Source: Camelus ferus (Eukaryota). Taken from it: a stretch of DNA of 64,000 nucleotides. Under the pieces are notes generated by a model. It was given only the letters and a program-made list of their open reading frames with translations, ran no database searches and had not been told where the DNA came from. Below, in pieces: positions 50,594-64,000 of the stretch. Within the stretch, counting starts at the first letter, position 1, and every line of letters begins with the position of its first letter. The DNA lies in assembly GCF_009834535.1 (NCBI RefSeq), contig NC_045697.1:93374001-93438000 (forward strand). Reading direction: 5' to 3'. The position numbers were made by a program, and so were the translations under genes.

Positions 50594-52599
50594 AAAAAGC
50601 ATTGAGATATATTTTATTTCTTTTATATAATTCTTAACAAAACTTATGGAGAACAAAGAATTTCAAATTTTTAGAAAGAAAAGTTTGATTTAGCTTCATT
50701 ATAATCATATGACATTACTTAGTAAGCATGCTTATTTCTGATTTCAAGAGATTTGATTCAGCAAGTGCTGCCTCACAATGGTTTTACGCTTAGTGTTGGT
50801 GGCTTAAATCATACACACCCACACACACGCATGCACACACATACATAGTGCAGGTGGATACAAATTCAGCTGTTACTCATTCTGAATTAAATTCTGTTGC
50901 CATAAAGAGCAATCTAAGAGATTTTGAAAACATAGAGGGGAATTGGTGAATGTTACATATTAAGATGACATTACACAGGAATGTTTGCTTCCTCTCCTTA
51001 TACATGAGAATTGTATCATATTACAGTATATATTCAGACTTCTACACCAATTTTTGTTTGTAATTGCACTTATCATATATGTAGTTGTTTTGGCTTGGAG
51101 TCTCTACAGTTCTAGTTATGTATATTTAGGAAAGTTCCCAAGGTTCTCATCAGTCCAGGTAAGTTTAAGGAGAACATGTGAAGAGGCTTACAAACCATAT
51201 CCACAAGGAGGCTAAACCTGCATGAGTATTGATGCTTCAACGCGATGGAGAGGATGATCCCAGGCAAACAGGCAGGATGAGGAAGACATATGTCAGGAAT
51301 GTGGCCCAGAGCAGAGTGTTAGGACCCAAGTACAGTAACCAAGTACCTTTTTCAAAGGGATAGAAAAAAATTTACTAGGTAAATTTCAAGATTCCCTTGT
51401 CTTTTTCTGGCCTGAGAATACGCCAGTAAGACATACAGTCGGTGTCAGTATACTGTGTTCACTTCCAAGCTCAGAGCTGAAACAGGAAGTTGTGACTTAG
51501 TTTTTTGTTTGGTTGGTTAGTTGATTTTTCTCTTTTTCTTTTCTTTTTTTTTTCTTTTTGTGCCAAAAATCCAGGAGTGAATGTGACTTGGTTTTAACCA
51601 ACAGAATGTAAGATTAGATTGTTCCCCTGTGTTCTTACTCCCTGGTAGCCAGGAGAGAAATGGATCTAAGGCCAGCTGTTTTAATCCTCCCCTTCCCTAT
51701 CTTCCAAGCGCACCCTCTTACCTTGATTGAGATCACCTTCCACACATTTTTGTTGAGTATTTTCTTGTTACTTATCTTGCAATATTTGAGATGATACTTT
51801 ACACAAAGAAGATGCCTGCTATTATATAAAAAGAGTTTGAACCATCTAGTGCAGAATAGCAATTCATTCTATAAAGCATGTTAATTGTGACCATATCCCT
51901 TCATAGCTCTCTTTTGTGTGTGCATGTGTGTGTGCCAGTTCAAGTAGTTCTTTTACATCTAATACCTACAGATAGTTGAAACTTTTCATATACAGTGATG
52001 CATTTAATATGCATGTAATTTTTCTAAGGTCAAATTCATTTCATTTTCTAGCTGATCAATTTCCATGATATCACATTAGTTGAGGGCTTCAACTTATGTT
52101 AACAAAATATTTTCTCATACTGAGCATCATTATTTTTATTCACCTCAGTTTCACTTAATTTTATCAATGGACTTTCAAACTCTTTGTTATACTGCCTACC
52201 TATAGCAAAGAGGTAATGCTTGACACATTGTACTTCACTTAAAATTACCACATCATTCTCCATTCCCTCTCCCTCAAAAAAGATCTCTTTTCATGTACCT
52301 TATACTTGCAGTGACTGGGATGATTATTATAAGGCAATGTTCAATAAATTCTAAATTCTATATGGTATGTTAACATAACCATATCACAGGTCTCATGGTA
52401 TGGATTTTTACAGATACCACCCATCTACCATCCCACAGAGATGACATGATGTTATATCTTTATCTGCTTAATTTCATCAGCTGAACCTCAGAGAAGATAA
52501 ATTATAGTTTACCCATGGTAATTGAGTAATAAATAAGAGTGATAACGGCCACAACTTATTTCCTTCATTTCTTTGACTTGATTTTCTAGCAAATTAAGC

Positions 52600-53700
52600 C
52601 ACTAAAACTGAAAGGCATGGAGTTCTGTAGTGATTAGAATATCAATTCTCTTTACTGGCTGAGGCTGCAAGCCAGCTTCCAGCACTGTTGATGGATATGA
52701 AGTTCCTTTGGGTCTGCATACAGACTGTTATTCCAGTCTCCTGGAAGAGTTCTGATGAGTGATCTTATTTTGGTTAGCAAGTCTTTTTTTTATTAAGATG
52801 ATGAGTCTCCAGGAAATATTTGTATCTGCCTGACTCATTCCTGAAGATATCTGCAGGATGTTTGCAATGGCAAAGCCAGCGTGAAACAAACCACCATATA
52901 TGTTATTGCAGACTGATGGAATGTGTTCAGTTAGGGGAAATGATCTGTACCAAAAATACCATGTGCCTTGAAGCTGCACATGGGCATAGTCAACACCCAA
53001 TAAAGTTGTCCTTACAGGGGTGTGCCATAACAATTTCCATAAAAGTATTTTGTCAGAATAATCTGTAATAGCCCATTGCCAAGTCTACCTCCCTCAAGGT
53101 TGCATTTACATTTTCCTTAAATGATTTCATCCACATATATATTTGACATATTTGAAGGGGCACGTTAAGCTATGATATACCAGGTAGGAAGCAGCAATCT
53201 GTTTCCCATCTCACCAAGGCAGCAATCTTAGCAACACATCATCTTGATTTATGGTCACAGAAAGTGCAGAAGATCAACTCTTCAAATTATTTTGCCCCAT
53301 TGGTATGATTTATAGTATTTACTTCAGGACATCTTAATATTAACCAGAAGCATAAGCAAAGCATATAAACCATGAACTGAGTGATCATTGCAGTCAAGTA
53401 CCCATAAATTGAGTCACCAGGAGTTCTGTGTCACTTCTAAGGAAGAGTCCTTCGACAGAGCATAAAGATCAGTAGGAATCCAAATGTTATCCTCAAGAGA
53501 AAACCTACTGGTTCAGAGATTTCTCCCAAAGGCAGCCACTAGTGCACACCATTGTGTACTCTTAGTTTTATCTCCTGTGGAGAGATGATGGCATGGAAAT
53601 AGCATGCTTACACCATACTCTGTAATTGACATAATTTGTGATCACCTTATCCATCTGCTATAATTTATCCCTACTTCCATCAGTTACCTGTTTGACTTAC
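52600..53700 (-). mobile_element. Highly decayed ERV pol (RNase H - integrase), ERVL-like
   Basis: Minus-strand translation 53563-53459 KSTQWCALVAAFGRNL*TSRFSLEDNIWIPTDLYA resembles RNase H 'SAQxAEL...IxTDS'; downstream QWAITDYS and ISSGM...RLIILIKKRL resemble integrase core segments. Confidence 0.5.
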
Positions 53701-54229
53701 ACTGTCTTCCTCCCTACCCCTCATCAAGGCCATACTTTCTTATCTCGAAGAGGTGCTGCTAGCAACAGAACTGAAATAATAATAGCAATGTCACTAATAT
53801 TTCTATTTTGTACCACCACAGCCAGGTGTCATGAGATTGCACAGGTAAATATTCACAGGATTTATAAAAATAAAGAGAGTAATTCTTAGAAAATCTGCTA
53901 ATACCATAGTAACAGGTTAGTATTTCTATATGTTTTGCTCATTAAAGGTTTAAGGGTTATTTGACAAATTTGACATCACTTACTGATTAAAAACTCAATT
54001 AAGTCTCTCTCTCCCCGCTTCCTAGTTACCTGCATTCATCTTGTCCATCCTTTTCCTTCACACTTTCCCCCAGTCTCATATACTCTCGTAATCTCCCATC
54101 CCTCCATCTGCCTAGGGATAAATCTAAAACTGAAGTCTAAATGTTGAAATACCGGAAGCATAAGTCAGGATTAAATCAAATGAAGATAAGTACGCTCAGA
54201 ATCACTACTCTTGTTTACCATATTTTTTT

Positions 54230-55380
54230 TCCTGGAATTAGCAGCAAACTCAAGCATTCAAGAAAAATAAATCAATTAAAATAATAGAAATGACACAAAT
54301 TTGTCATTAGAATACATAATGTATGTAATGTATTCAATATTCAGAAAAACCAACACTACAATTAAATGAAAAAATTAATATGTACAACAACAAATATATA
54401 TAAAATTTGTTATGCAGTTTACATACAAATAGCAGTGGCTTTTTTCTGCATCAATAACTGACCCAAAAATTTAACAAGAGAAAACAACCTTAACTACAAT
54501 AACAATAAAATGATTAAATTAATCACTCACAAAAATCACGAACAAGAAGAACCCTGGCAGAAAAACTTAAATCCTATTGATTTAATCAAATAAAATATAT
54601 AAATAACTGGGCGAATGTGAAGTGTTTTAAGGAGAAAATGTCAATATTTTAAATATGCCAGTTTTCATATTAATGAATTTAATTTTATTTATGAACTTTA
54701 TTTTTTTTTTTGAACCTGGAAAAGCATATTATGAAACTCAAATAAAAGAATAAAATTACTGGAAAAGAGGGAAAATGTAGACAATGAAACGTAAGATGAA
54801 GGACTAAGCTAATAAATTTTGATTACTAGCAAACAAATAGGCACATTGTTCAAAGAAATAGAATATCACTTAAAGCAATTCAAATATAGGTAAAAACCCA
54901 GAGTATACTTGGGGTGGCATTGTGGGGAAAATATAATCAATTACATTGTGACAAGTTACTAATCATTTGAAGAATAAAAATTTGGAAATCTTTATTGCAT
55001 GCACCAAAATTAATTCCAAATTGATTAAATATTTCATTAAGTTTTAAAAAGTAAAGTTAGTAGGATAAATCATCGGGAATATTTCCATACTTTTAGAGTA
55101 GAACATTTTATTAACAGGCAATTCACGGAAGAAATAGCCAGATAACAGAAAAACTCTCATCTTTAGTTGCAAACAAGAAATTATAACTTAAATGAACTAA
55201 ATATCATCTTGGTCTGTCTTCTTTTTGCAAATACTTCAAAAAGATGAATGACATGAACAATTCGGCTTTGTTGACAGATAAGCAGCTGCCCTTATGCACT
55301 CCTTGTATAAACTTTAAGGGAGTGAATGTAATACCAATTTTTTTAATCCAGTATTTCCATTTTAACAACTACACTAAAAA
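54230..55380 (+). mobile_element. Ancient L1ME-type ORF2 3' half
   Basis: Collinear decayed ORF2 motifs, e.g. 'tacaaatagcagtggcttttttctgcatcaataa', 'caatattttaaatatgccagttttc', 'caccaaaattaattccaaattgattaaatattt'. Confidence 0.65.
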
Positions 55381-55394
55381 ATTCACACACAATT

Positions 55395-55481
55395 ATATGT
55401 GTATATGTTTTGGTATGTGCATATATATGTGTATGCATGTATATACATACACATATATTTATATATATAAATATAAATGTG

Positions 55482-55515
<34 letters not shown>

Positions 55516-55548
55516 TCATATTAAATATATATAACATACACATACACA
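55395..55548. repeat. Compound (TG/TA/CA)n microsatellite
   Basis: Direct reading; explains the low-complexity ORFs at 55244-55543. Confidence 0.9.
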
Positions 55549-57799
55549 GAACGTATCTAGATTGAGGAAGAAGCTAATGTTCTATTACTAAAATTTGCTG
55601 GGAGAAACATGGTCATATATAGATAGAGTATTTTTTTTAATTCTAAAAATGTTACCACTTTTCTCTGTTGTTTTCTCTTTTTGGTTTCTTTGTATGTTTT
55701 GAAACAACTCCTTTTAAGATATGTTTGCAATATTGTAAAATTATTTGTAATTGTCACCGATATTTTTAAAAATTTATTTTCAGAATTTCAACTGACTAGC
55801 CAAACAAATAGACTAAAAAAATAGCTAACAGGTTTTTTTAATGGCCAGAAAGGGTTCAATTTACCTTACTATAATTGCTTGTAGTGTTTTGGTGCTCTAG
55901 TAAATAATGAAAAAGCTTTTGTTTGGCAACCACTCAACTGTTTCTCCCATGTGCTGGCTATAGGCATATAGTAGATGCTCAATAAACGTTGACTTAATTT
56001 ATAAAGTTGAGTTGTAATTTATAAGGTGGTGTTCAAAGATGAATGAGGGAAATGCAACACTTCTCTGATAGACACACTTGGGCACAGTGACTTATCAACC
56101 ACAATTATAAAGATCCAATGTCATCTGGGTATGTTTTCCTCATCTTGAAGCCTCAAGTACTTGGCTACACTCTCCATCAGAGAAATAGAGAAAACCAGTA
56201 AATAAGGAACCATTGAAATCTGAATTCTTAAACAGATAATAATTTCTATGAGACAAAAAAAATTTATCTATATTAAAATCTCTCTTATTAAGTATTTCTA
56301 ATTTTCATTGGAGACAAAGCAACTCACTCAATAAGTGAAATCTGAAAAATCAAGATAATTTTGGGAGATTTAATAAACTGGCATAAATAAATTAATTACC
56401 CTATGAACATTTCTGGCTATGGGAGTATAGCAAATACTTTTGACTCTGTTAAAGTACACAGAACAAAGTAAAAGACTATGTAATTGGAAAGATTTTTCTA
56501 CCCCTTAATTTATATGATCCTCTTTATTCTTAAAGCAACCTAAGATAATTATAAAATGACATGTCCTAAATGATAATTATGAAAAAATGAGATTATGTGT
56601 TATTTTATAATATTTTGGTATTAGATAATGTTTAATGGCAGGAGCTAAAAGAACTGCATCTTTAAACCTATTCCTGCTGGCAAATGAGTAAGATGAGAAA
56701 TTTTATTGTCACATTTGCTAATACTGCCTTATTTAATTAGGTTGATTTATTATTACTTCCTTTAAAGTGTTTATTTTGTTGTCTCCTTTTGGGTATTATT
56801 GATATCATATTTGCCAATTATTCTAGATCCCTTAACAGCCAATTGTCATTTAATTTTTTTTTAGTTATTTGATCAACTCTGTTATAGGTCGTCATAAATA
56901 TGGTCAATTACCAAATAGCTCAAAAAATGCTCATTTTAATGGCCATGTAGTAACTAGACTTTGACACCTCTAATAATATGTCAGAATTGCGTTTAATCTG
57001 GTGCAAATTTGAAATATATTTCATGGAGCAACACACTATTTTGAGGAAATGATCTCCTGACTTCAGGGATTATTTTAAAAATATCACATTAAGTGAATTA
57101 AGTTAAGTATTAAGGTAATTTTGAGTCAAATATTTGATAAAATAAGCATATTCAGTTTATAATAACTAATGGTTATCATTGTTCTGCTAGTCTGAGAAGG
57201 CTTTGAAGTTTACAAGGTCTTAAAATAACACAGGTTAAATCTGAATTTTATTGACTGAAAATAGATTTTTCAGAATCTGAATGCCACATAATTGGTAATT
57301 ATGTATTTGATATATGGGTATATAGAAGGACTTTGACAAGATAGCCATTCCTATTTGAGCTTTTAATGATAAGGAATAATTTAGGAAGGAAAAGAGAAAT
57401 GTGTCTTCAGCTGAGCTAAATGATTTTTTTAATTCAGTCAATACATGCACAAGTAATCAGAAAATAACGTCAATTTAATAGGTTTACATTTGTCTAGAAA
57501 CTCGTACTAAATTTAATTTCTTAAATTTGTGAAATAAAATTTATATCTCTGCAGTATTTTGAGACAACCTCTTCTAATTTCCTGAATCTAAGATTTTTTA
57601 TTAGGTGAAATAAAATTTTATTGAATTAATATGCCTAGTTCTTTAAATTTGAATAGCATCTGACAATGATCAAATGGAAATTTGTTCTATCTACTTTTCT
57701 TAAAAGAAACTACAGCACCTTTTGTAGAGCAGATCTTGTTGGGAAAATATATTACTTAATATTTGGGGATTTAGTTTTTTGTTTATTTTATTTTGCTAA

Positions 57800-58225
57800 C
57801 CTTTTATTGAGATATAACACTTATTCGTAAAGGAACACAATTCACTGAATGTTCATTTTTTAAACATACTTTACATGCCTGTGTATTCAGAATCAAAGTC
57901 ATAAATAGAACTTGAAAAGAATTCAGAATCCCTCCAAAATACCCTTCCAGTTACTCCTCCACCAATGGTAATCATCATTTGACTTCTAACAGTATTGATT
58001 ATGTTTGCTTGTTTGGCAACTTTATACAAATATAGTCATACAGTATGTATTCTTTTGTATGTGACTTCTTTCTCTAGTTATTATGTTTGTGAGAAGCATC
58101 AATTGTTTTGTATTGTTGTTGTACCTTTTCAGTGTCATTATTGTATAATACGTCATTTTATGACTAGATCACAATGTATTTATGCATTCTACTATTGATG
58201 GACATTTGAATCTCCAGTTTGGTGC
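57800..58225 (-). mobile_element. L1ME/L1MD-type 3' end
   Basis: 'ttttattgagatataac...tgacttctaacagtattgatta...tcatacagtatgtattcttttgtatgtgacttcttt...cattctactattgatggacatttg'. Confidence 0.85.
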
Positions 58226-58266
58226 GTCAAGCAGGTGAAGACTAAAGGAGTCACATATTTGCACAC

Positions 58267-58790
58267 TGTCACCAAATCAGGTGTCCTGGTCTATGGCAGT
58301 GAGGGTCTCAGACAAATTTCTATAGGACTTATACTTATTATACTTATTAAAGCTTACTAACCAAAGGCCACCAGCAACACACCTGCGGTTAAACAAAGTT
58401 GAATATATTGGCTTGTTGTGGCAGTGGAGAATGGAAACAGAGACTCATGAGATATCTCAAGAGGGAGTCAGTGAAGATTCTAGGTTGTGGAGGGTTGAAC
58501 TTAGCTATATGATTCTTCAGAATTTGTAAACTAGCCAAGTGACTGGAAGAGTCAGTTCCTTTATTTTCAGTAACATGATTCTGTGCTGAGTTACTGCTAG
58601 TTACATATTTCACTGGTCTTGATATAAATACACCAATGTTGTGTTTGAGCTTAGATATCTGTCTTTTATGTCATATTTGGTATATTTTCTTAATTTGCAA
58701 GTGGCAGTAGTGTTTGGAAAGTTGTGGTTTCTGCTTCAATTTTTAGTTCTACTATCACAGTCTAGCTGCTAGTAGGTCTCCTTTTAACTT
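58267..58790 (-). mobile_element. Old LTR-like element, family not identified
   Basis: TG start 'tgtcaccaaatcagg'; 'aaacaaagttgaatatattggcttgttgtggcagtggaga' resembles an antisense LTR poly(A) region; boundaries uncertain. Confidence 0.4.
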
Positions 58791-59769
58791 TACTAATATT
58801 TCTGTCTCAGGAAGAGAATTGAAGCAACGGGGACAGTAGCCTGCCTTTATTCAGTAATTTCCTCCAATCAAAGCAATTCCATTTTATTTTTAAAAAGTTA
58901 TTAAACCAAATGCTTCCAAGTACATTAATGCCAACATACTCGATCACACTTTGTGAGGAAAAAATCTATACATACAAATTTAGAGAAAATATGGAAAGAA
59001 GTAAAGACATGGGGAACATGTTTTCAAACTATTTTTTCAAATCATGTTTCAGTTAAAAAGTTTAAAAGTGATTATTTTTAGGCCAACTAGTTTACCAAAA
59101 GACAAGTTACTACCACTTACAACGGTATAGACTCCAAATGGAATGATGGTAGAGCAATCAAATACAGTGCTTCTCTGGGAGACCCATGCTGCTTCTCCAT
59201 GGGGATTCTATTGGCTAATAAGACAGAAAAGATATTTTAAAGAAACAACTATGATCTATAATACAAGCAAGCTGAACAATTTAATGGTCTTCATTAACAT
59301 TTGTACCCACTAAAAATTTTTTCTTTCTAAATTAACCATAGAAAAACAGGACAAATCTTTATGCTAATCTACATGAGAAAACTAGTTTTTCAGATAGTGG
59401 AAATGAAGAAACAGCCTGTCACTATAGCTTTAAAGGTCTAAAAATGCTTTGATTTGCAGATATTAAAATAGGAAAAACTGGTAAAGGAGGGTATTTAGTT
59501 ATCAATTGTTCAAGCAGGTAATAACTAATATTCTTGTTGATTTCAAAGAGAATTCAGTTTTCTTTCACTTAAATGTTTCACTGTAACTATGTGTTTCCAC
59601 AATTTTCATAAATACTTGAGCCAAAAACTTTAAAGAATGTCTTGGTTTTTCTCTTTTATTACATCCTGTACCTAGTTCACATGAAACCATTAGGTGTATA
59701 GAATAAAAGTGACATTTCAATCCTCATGTCTGAGGGTTTGGCAGGCAATACGGGTCTCTGAGAAAATTA

Positions 59770-60060
59770 GTAAAATATCCCCTCTTGTCAAATCCTGTCA
59801 GTTTTACATTCAAAGTATATTTAAAATTATGACTACTCTTATCCACTCTATTGTTATCACCATATTCCATTCTTTCATCTGGACTGATACTGTGCCCCAC
59901 TGTCTAGTCTTCCTGATTATACAGTTCTGCTCTTAAAAACTGTTCTTCACACAACTCAAGACATTATTTCAGCCCTTTGTGTGTCCTCCAGTACCTTCTC
60001 ATATCCCTCTAGGTAAATCTTATAATCATCAAAAACATCCCAAAGGAGTCTCCTTAGTAA
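59770..60060 (+). mobile_element. L2 LINE fragment
   Basis: 'gtcaaatcctgtcagttttacattcaaagtatattt...actcttatccac...tcatctggactgatactg'. Confidence 0.7.
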
Positions 60061-62499
60061 TCCTCAAAAATACTAAATGAAGTTCTGATAACTACAGTTT
60101 TGTTAGAACTTCTGAATTTGCTATTCAGGAGTGATTTCTCCTACTAATGAAGATGGCTACATCAGGCTTTTGTTTAAACGTAGCCTCTTGGACTATATTT
60201 AAAATAACAACCATAATGGTGACTAGTTGACTAGTTGGCTAAATTTATAGCAGTTAGAATTAGCTAGGTCTTTAAACAGTGCTGAAACCAGCAATGGCAA
60301 TCTAAACTATCAAAAAAGGCACATCCAACTGTGACACAGATGTATTAAATACTGTATTTTGTCTTCTCAACAGACTTGAATAATTAATATAATCTTCATT
60401 TTTAAAAAAGTAAACTCAGTTTTAGAAGTGCTAAACAATTTGCTTAAGATTGCCTAAGAGCATAGTATTTAAGTGAGAGTAGAAAGTCAACCGTAGGTCA
60501 TTCTGATTTAACACCTGCGTGGCTGTGAACAACCTGTTAATAAACTGTTTCTTTATTATTAGAGCTTCTGTGTTATTTGGCCCCGTAGATACTGCCATTA
60601 CATTACCAGATAAATAGGGAATCAAAATAAAAGATTCTAAACCTGCTTAATTTTCCAGTCACTCCTCTACTTGCTCGGGCACCCTAATGGTGAATATTAT
60701 CAATACTTCATACTCATTTCTAGATTTAAAATACCCTGATGTGTTTTCTAATCCAATTTTTTCCAAATTATGGAAATGAAGATGAAATTAAAATATAATT
60801 TCTGGGTCTCCTCATTCCCCCTCCTGCCTCTAGATAAAGGTGTTCCGACTGAGCCATGCTGATGATCCTCACATTAGAAACTTCTTACCTCATGAAAATC
60901 ATCTATTTAGAATTTAAAAAAGGAGGGATCATGGGTCAAAGGTCATTCATCTTTAGATGTTGCACAGCTGAAATTAGATCTTTAGAAATTTGCATTTCCT
61001 TTACTGCTTCTTCTGTCTTATGATCTTTTGTTAAATAGTTAATCAAATCTTGAATCACATATGGACAGTTATAACATCTCATTCAAGTCAAGTATATATC
61101 TTTAATTACACATTTCATCTTGGGTGACCAGCATAATTTCTAATTCAAAATGTATGAATCCAGTTTCATATTTTTCACCAGTCATTTCTAGAAGTTTTCC
61201 TCCTTAGTTTTATTTTTTGTTTTGTTTCTTTAATAGGTAAAATAAATATTTTCCTGGGTATGCACACTCGACACCTCAGAGTTTTAAACTTCTTTGACCT
61301 TTATTCATCATCAACTATTCAGCTGCAATAACTTTCTTTTGGGTAAATATTATATAGTTATTTAGATTTTTACTTACTCACTATTGTTTTACTTTTCTTG
61401 AAATCCAATGTACAAGTACTGTATTTTTAAAATAATATTTGCTGGTAATTACAAAAGTTAGATAATGAAAAAATAAAAATTCTGCCAGGCTCTTCAAGCC
61501 TCACAGTATTTGTTTGGATTAAGAAAAATAAATAATATTTATTCATTAGTTGTTATATATCAAGAGTTATAATTTACTATTAGACTAACTAACTGATGTA
61601 TTATTCTTAGTCACTTTTCTGAATTGCCTACTCTACTTGATATAAACATTATTTTATTGGTTCTCTTATGTTCATGCTTTCGCTTCTGCTCTGTAATGAC
61701 TCCTTGAATGTGTAGTGACAAATCATATGATTCCTATTAATTATCATCTATTAGGAACAAACTCAGTAGTGTGGAAATACAGTTTCTGTCTCCAGAGGAT
61801 AAAATAAATGATGTATATTAAGATCAGTCATGAGAAGAGCTCATCCCACCAAATCCAGTAATAGGTGTCTAATGTCTAATGTTTTAAGATTGGAATAGGA
61901 GGGTTGAATTGTTCTATGTTGGGTAAAGAGCTAAAGTTCTATTAAGGAATTATTAAAGTGCTACTTGAAAATGCAAAGTTGATTTGATGGAAATAAAAGA
62001 TTTAATCTATCCAAAGAAGACAAGGAGAAGGTAATTGAACTCAAATAATAACTTTGATGGTTGGCAGCTCTCTTGCCCTTCAGCTTCAAAGGCCTTAGGA
62101 AAGACCTAGTAACACTAGATGTCCAAGAGATCAGGGAAGAATGGATTTAGGTGGGTGGCTTGGCTCCACAGCTATCAGGCGTAGGATGGGGGTAGAATTT
62201 TCCCCTTTGATTATAGAGCAGTGATGTAGTATATCACTAAAGTGTTTCAAGCTGGATATTATTGATATATTAATTCTGTAGCTGCCTTTTATAGGTTCTA
62301 GAAGAAATAAAAACTAGTGTGCAGAAGCTGCATGCATTCTGAACAGTAGAGATAGGACTTAAGCCTGCAAGCACCACCCTAAGTCATTCTATTTACTACT
62401 GAATTTTTATCTTAGATTCTTCTACTAAACAACACTTAGATATGCATGTTACCATATCTAATTCCTCTCATTGACGTCTTTCACGTCATTTTATAATCT

Positions 62500-62825
62500 A
62501 AGTCATATCACATTTATTCACCTTTATTTTATACTTTAAAAAGTTAGCTTATTCTATTGTCAGTTTTCTTACACTGTCTTCTACTCTGTTTGGAAAGATA
62601 TCCATCTACCTAGAATATCCTTTCCAATATTTGTAATCTAAGCCATTTTTGCTGTCAGTTATATAGATATTTGCCATGTTAATTGGTCATTTATACATAC
62701 TTGTGCTTTATTCTAGAATAGGCTGTAAAAGACCTGAACATTTTATATCTTATTCTTATTTTATATCTCTTCTAGTCATTCAGAGATTATAATGAACTTG
62801 AAGATTAATCACTTTAATTGATTGA
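62500..62825 (+). mobile_element. L2 3' end remnant
   Basis: 'taggctgtaaaagacctgaac...tatcttattcttattttatatct...taattgattga'. Confidence 0.4.
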
Positions 62826-64000
62826 CATTTTCCTAAATGTCATCAGCCAATTTCTGCATATAAAGTAAAGAATCTGAGTACCCATTTTGTTCTTCTTTTA
62901 CTTAGGTGCACAGTTAATTAATGTATATTCTAAGAACAAGATATAAAATTATTTCAGATACATCTTTCCCCAAAATAGAATTGTAAGATTAAAATATTCT
63001 AATATACTTTTAAAATATGTGTTAGAATTCAGTAGCGCTTATTTTTTATTTAGCAAAATACTACTTAAAGCATAGTGCTAAAAGCAAAATAAATTAGGCA
63101 ATAACTAATGCTACTTGTAAGACAAAATTTCATGATCTTAAGAGAAATAAAAACAAAGCTGTTTTTTCTCTGCAGTGTCATATCAACAATAGATGAAAGA
63201 AATCATATGATTTGTGCATATATATATGTGTGATAGCTTATTTTAAATTTTAAAAACATTTTTGGATTATTGAAATTATAGCCATTGCCACTTTTCCCAG
63301 ATTAATATCCTGGCTATTTTACAAGGAAAAATAAACTAATAAAATGCATAAATATAACTATTTCATTAGAATCTTAGTGTGTTTTGATAGTTAAGTTGGT
63401 GCATATGATTACATGGATTGTCCATTTCCATAAATCATCAGCCTAGATTAATCGGGATATTTACTAAATATAAAAGGTACCTTTATTCATTGCTATTTGA
63501 AGGGATTGTAAAAATTATAGTAGTAAATAAAGACTAGCTATGTACTTCATATTTGAAGTTATAACTACTATCCACTTATTTGAAGAATGGTACATTTTTT
63601 ATATTAATGTATTTTCAGTTTTATAATAGCAAACATTGCCATAAATTGTCAAACATGAAAGCAGAATACATTAGTATCTATTATTAAACTAGAAGTTAGA
63701 AAGGAGAGAAACTTAGATATACAGAGTCCAGGCAGAGAAACCAAGAACACAGTGATTGCAAAGATTCGTGCAAGGGTCAGTCTACCTCTTCTGGGGATAT
63801 AACTACAGACCCACAGCACCTATGTTCAATGTAGATACTAAGAATGAGTTTCTGTAAAACCATTCAGAAGCTATCAACTCTGCACACCCAATCTTATCCA
63901 ATATTAAGGTCTGACTAACTCGAGGCAGCAGTCATGAGTTTAGAGATTTGGGGAGAAACTACCACTACAGCAATTAGAGGTCTCATATTGCAGCATATTT

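Noticed and set aside
1..64000. CRISPR arrays, operons or prokaryotic defence systems
   Set aside because: The sequence is mammalian repeat-rich non-coding DNA; there are no regularly spaced repeat-spacer arrays or long ORFs.

Overview
AT-rich, CpG-poor mammalian non-coding DNA (intergenic, or inside a very large intron). I can support no host protein-coding exon. The ORF track is explained by chance ORFs, microsatellites and decayed L1/ERV sequence. The window is a layered transposable-element record. Ancient elements include L2, MIR, L1M/L1ME, MaLR (MLT1), MLT2, MER3/MER5-type DNA transposons and a heavily decayed ERV pol. Younger elements include several solo LTRs and L1 3' ends with recognisable target-site duplications (TSDs). 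The youngest L1 tails (…GCTGTACACCAGAAATTGACACA…) and the apparent absence of Alu, B1/B2, SINEC, PRE-1, Bov-tA/BovB and CHR SINEs suggest a camelid-like cetartiodactyl; this is inference from memory of repeat families. The most notable sequence-level observations are: (i) a tailless 40-nt 5S rRNA retrocopy inside a 16-bp TSD; (ii) a 56-bp inverted repeat (53/56 identical) bracketing 2.1 kb; (iii) three ultra-short (~80-95 bp) L1 tail insertions; (iv) a CpG-retaining solo LTR whose flanks do not form a clean TSD. I found no evidence of a new multi-gene biological system. Repeat subfamily names are by eye, and the boundaries of old elements are approximate.
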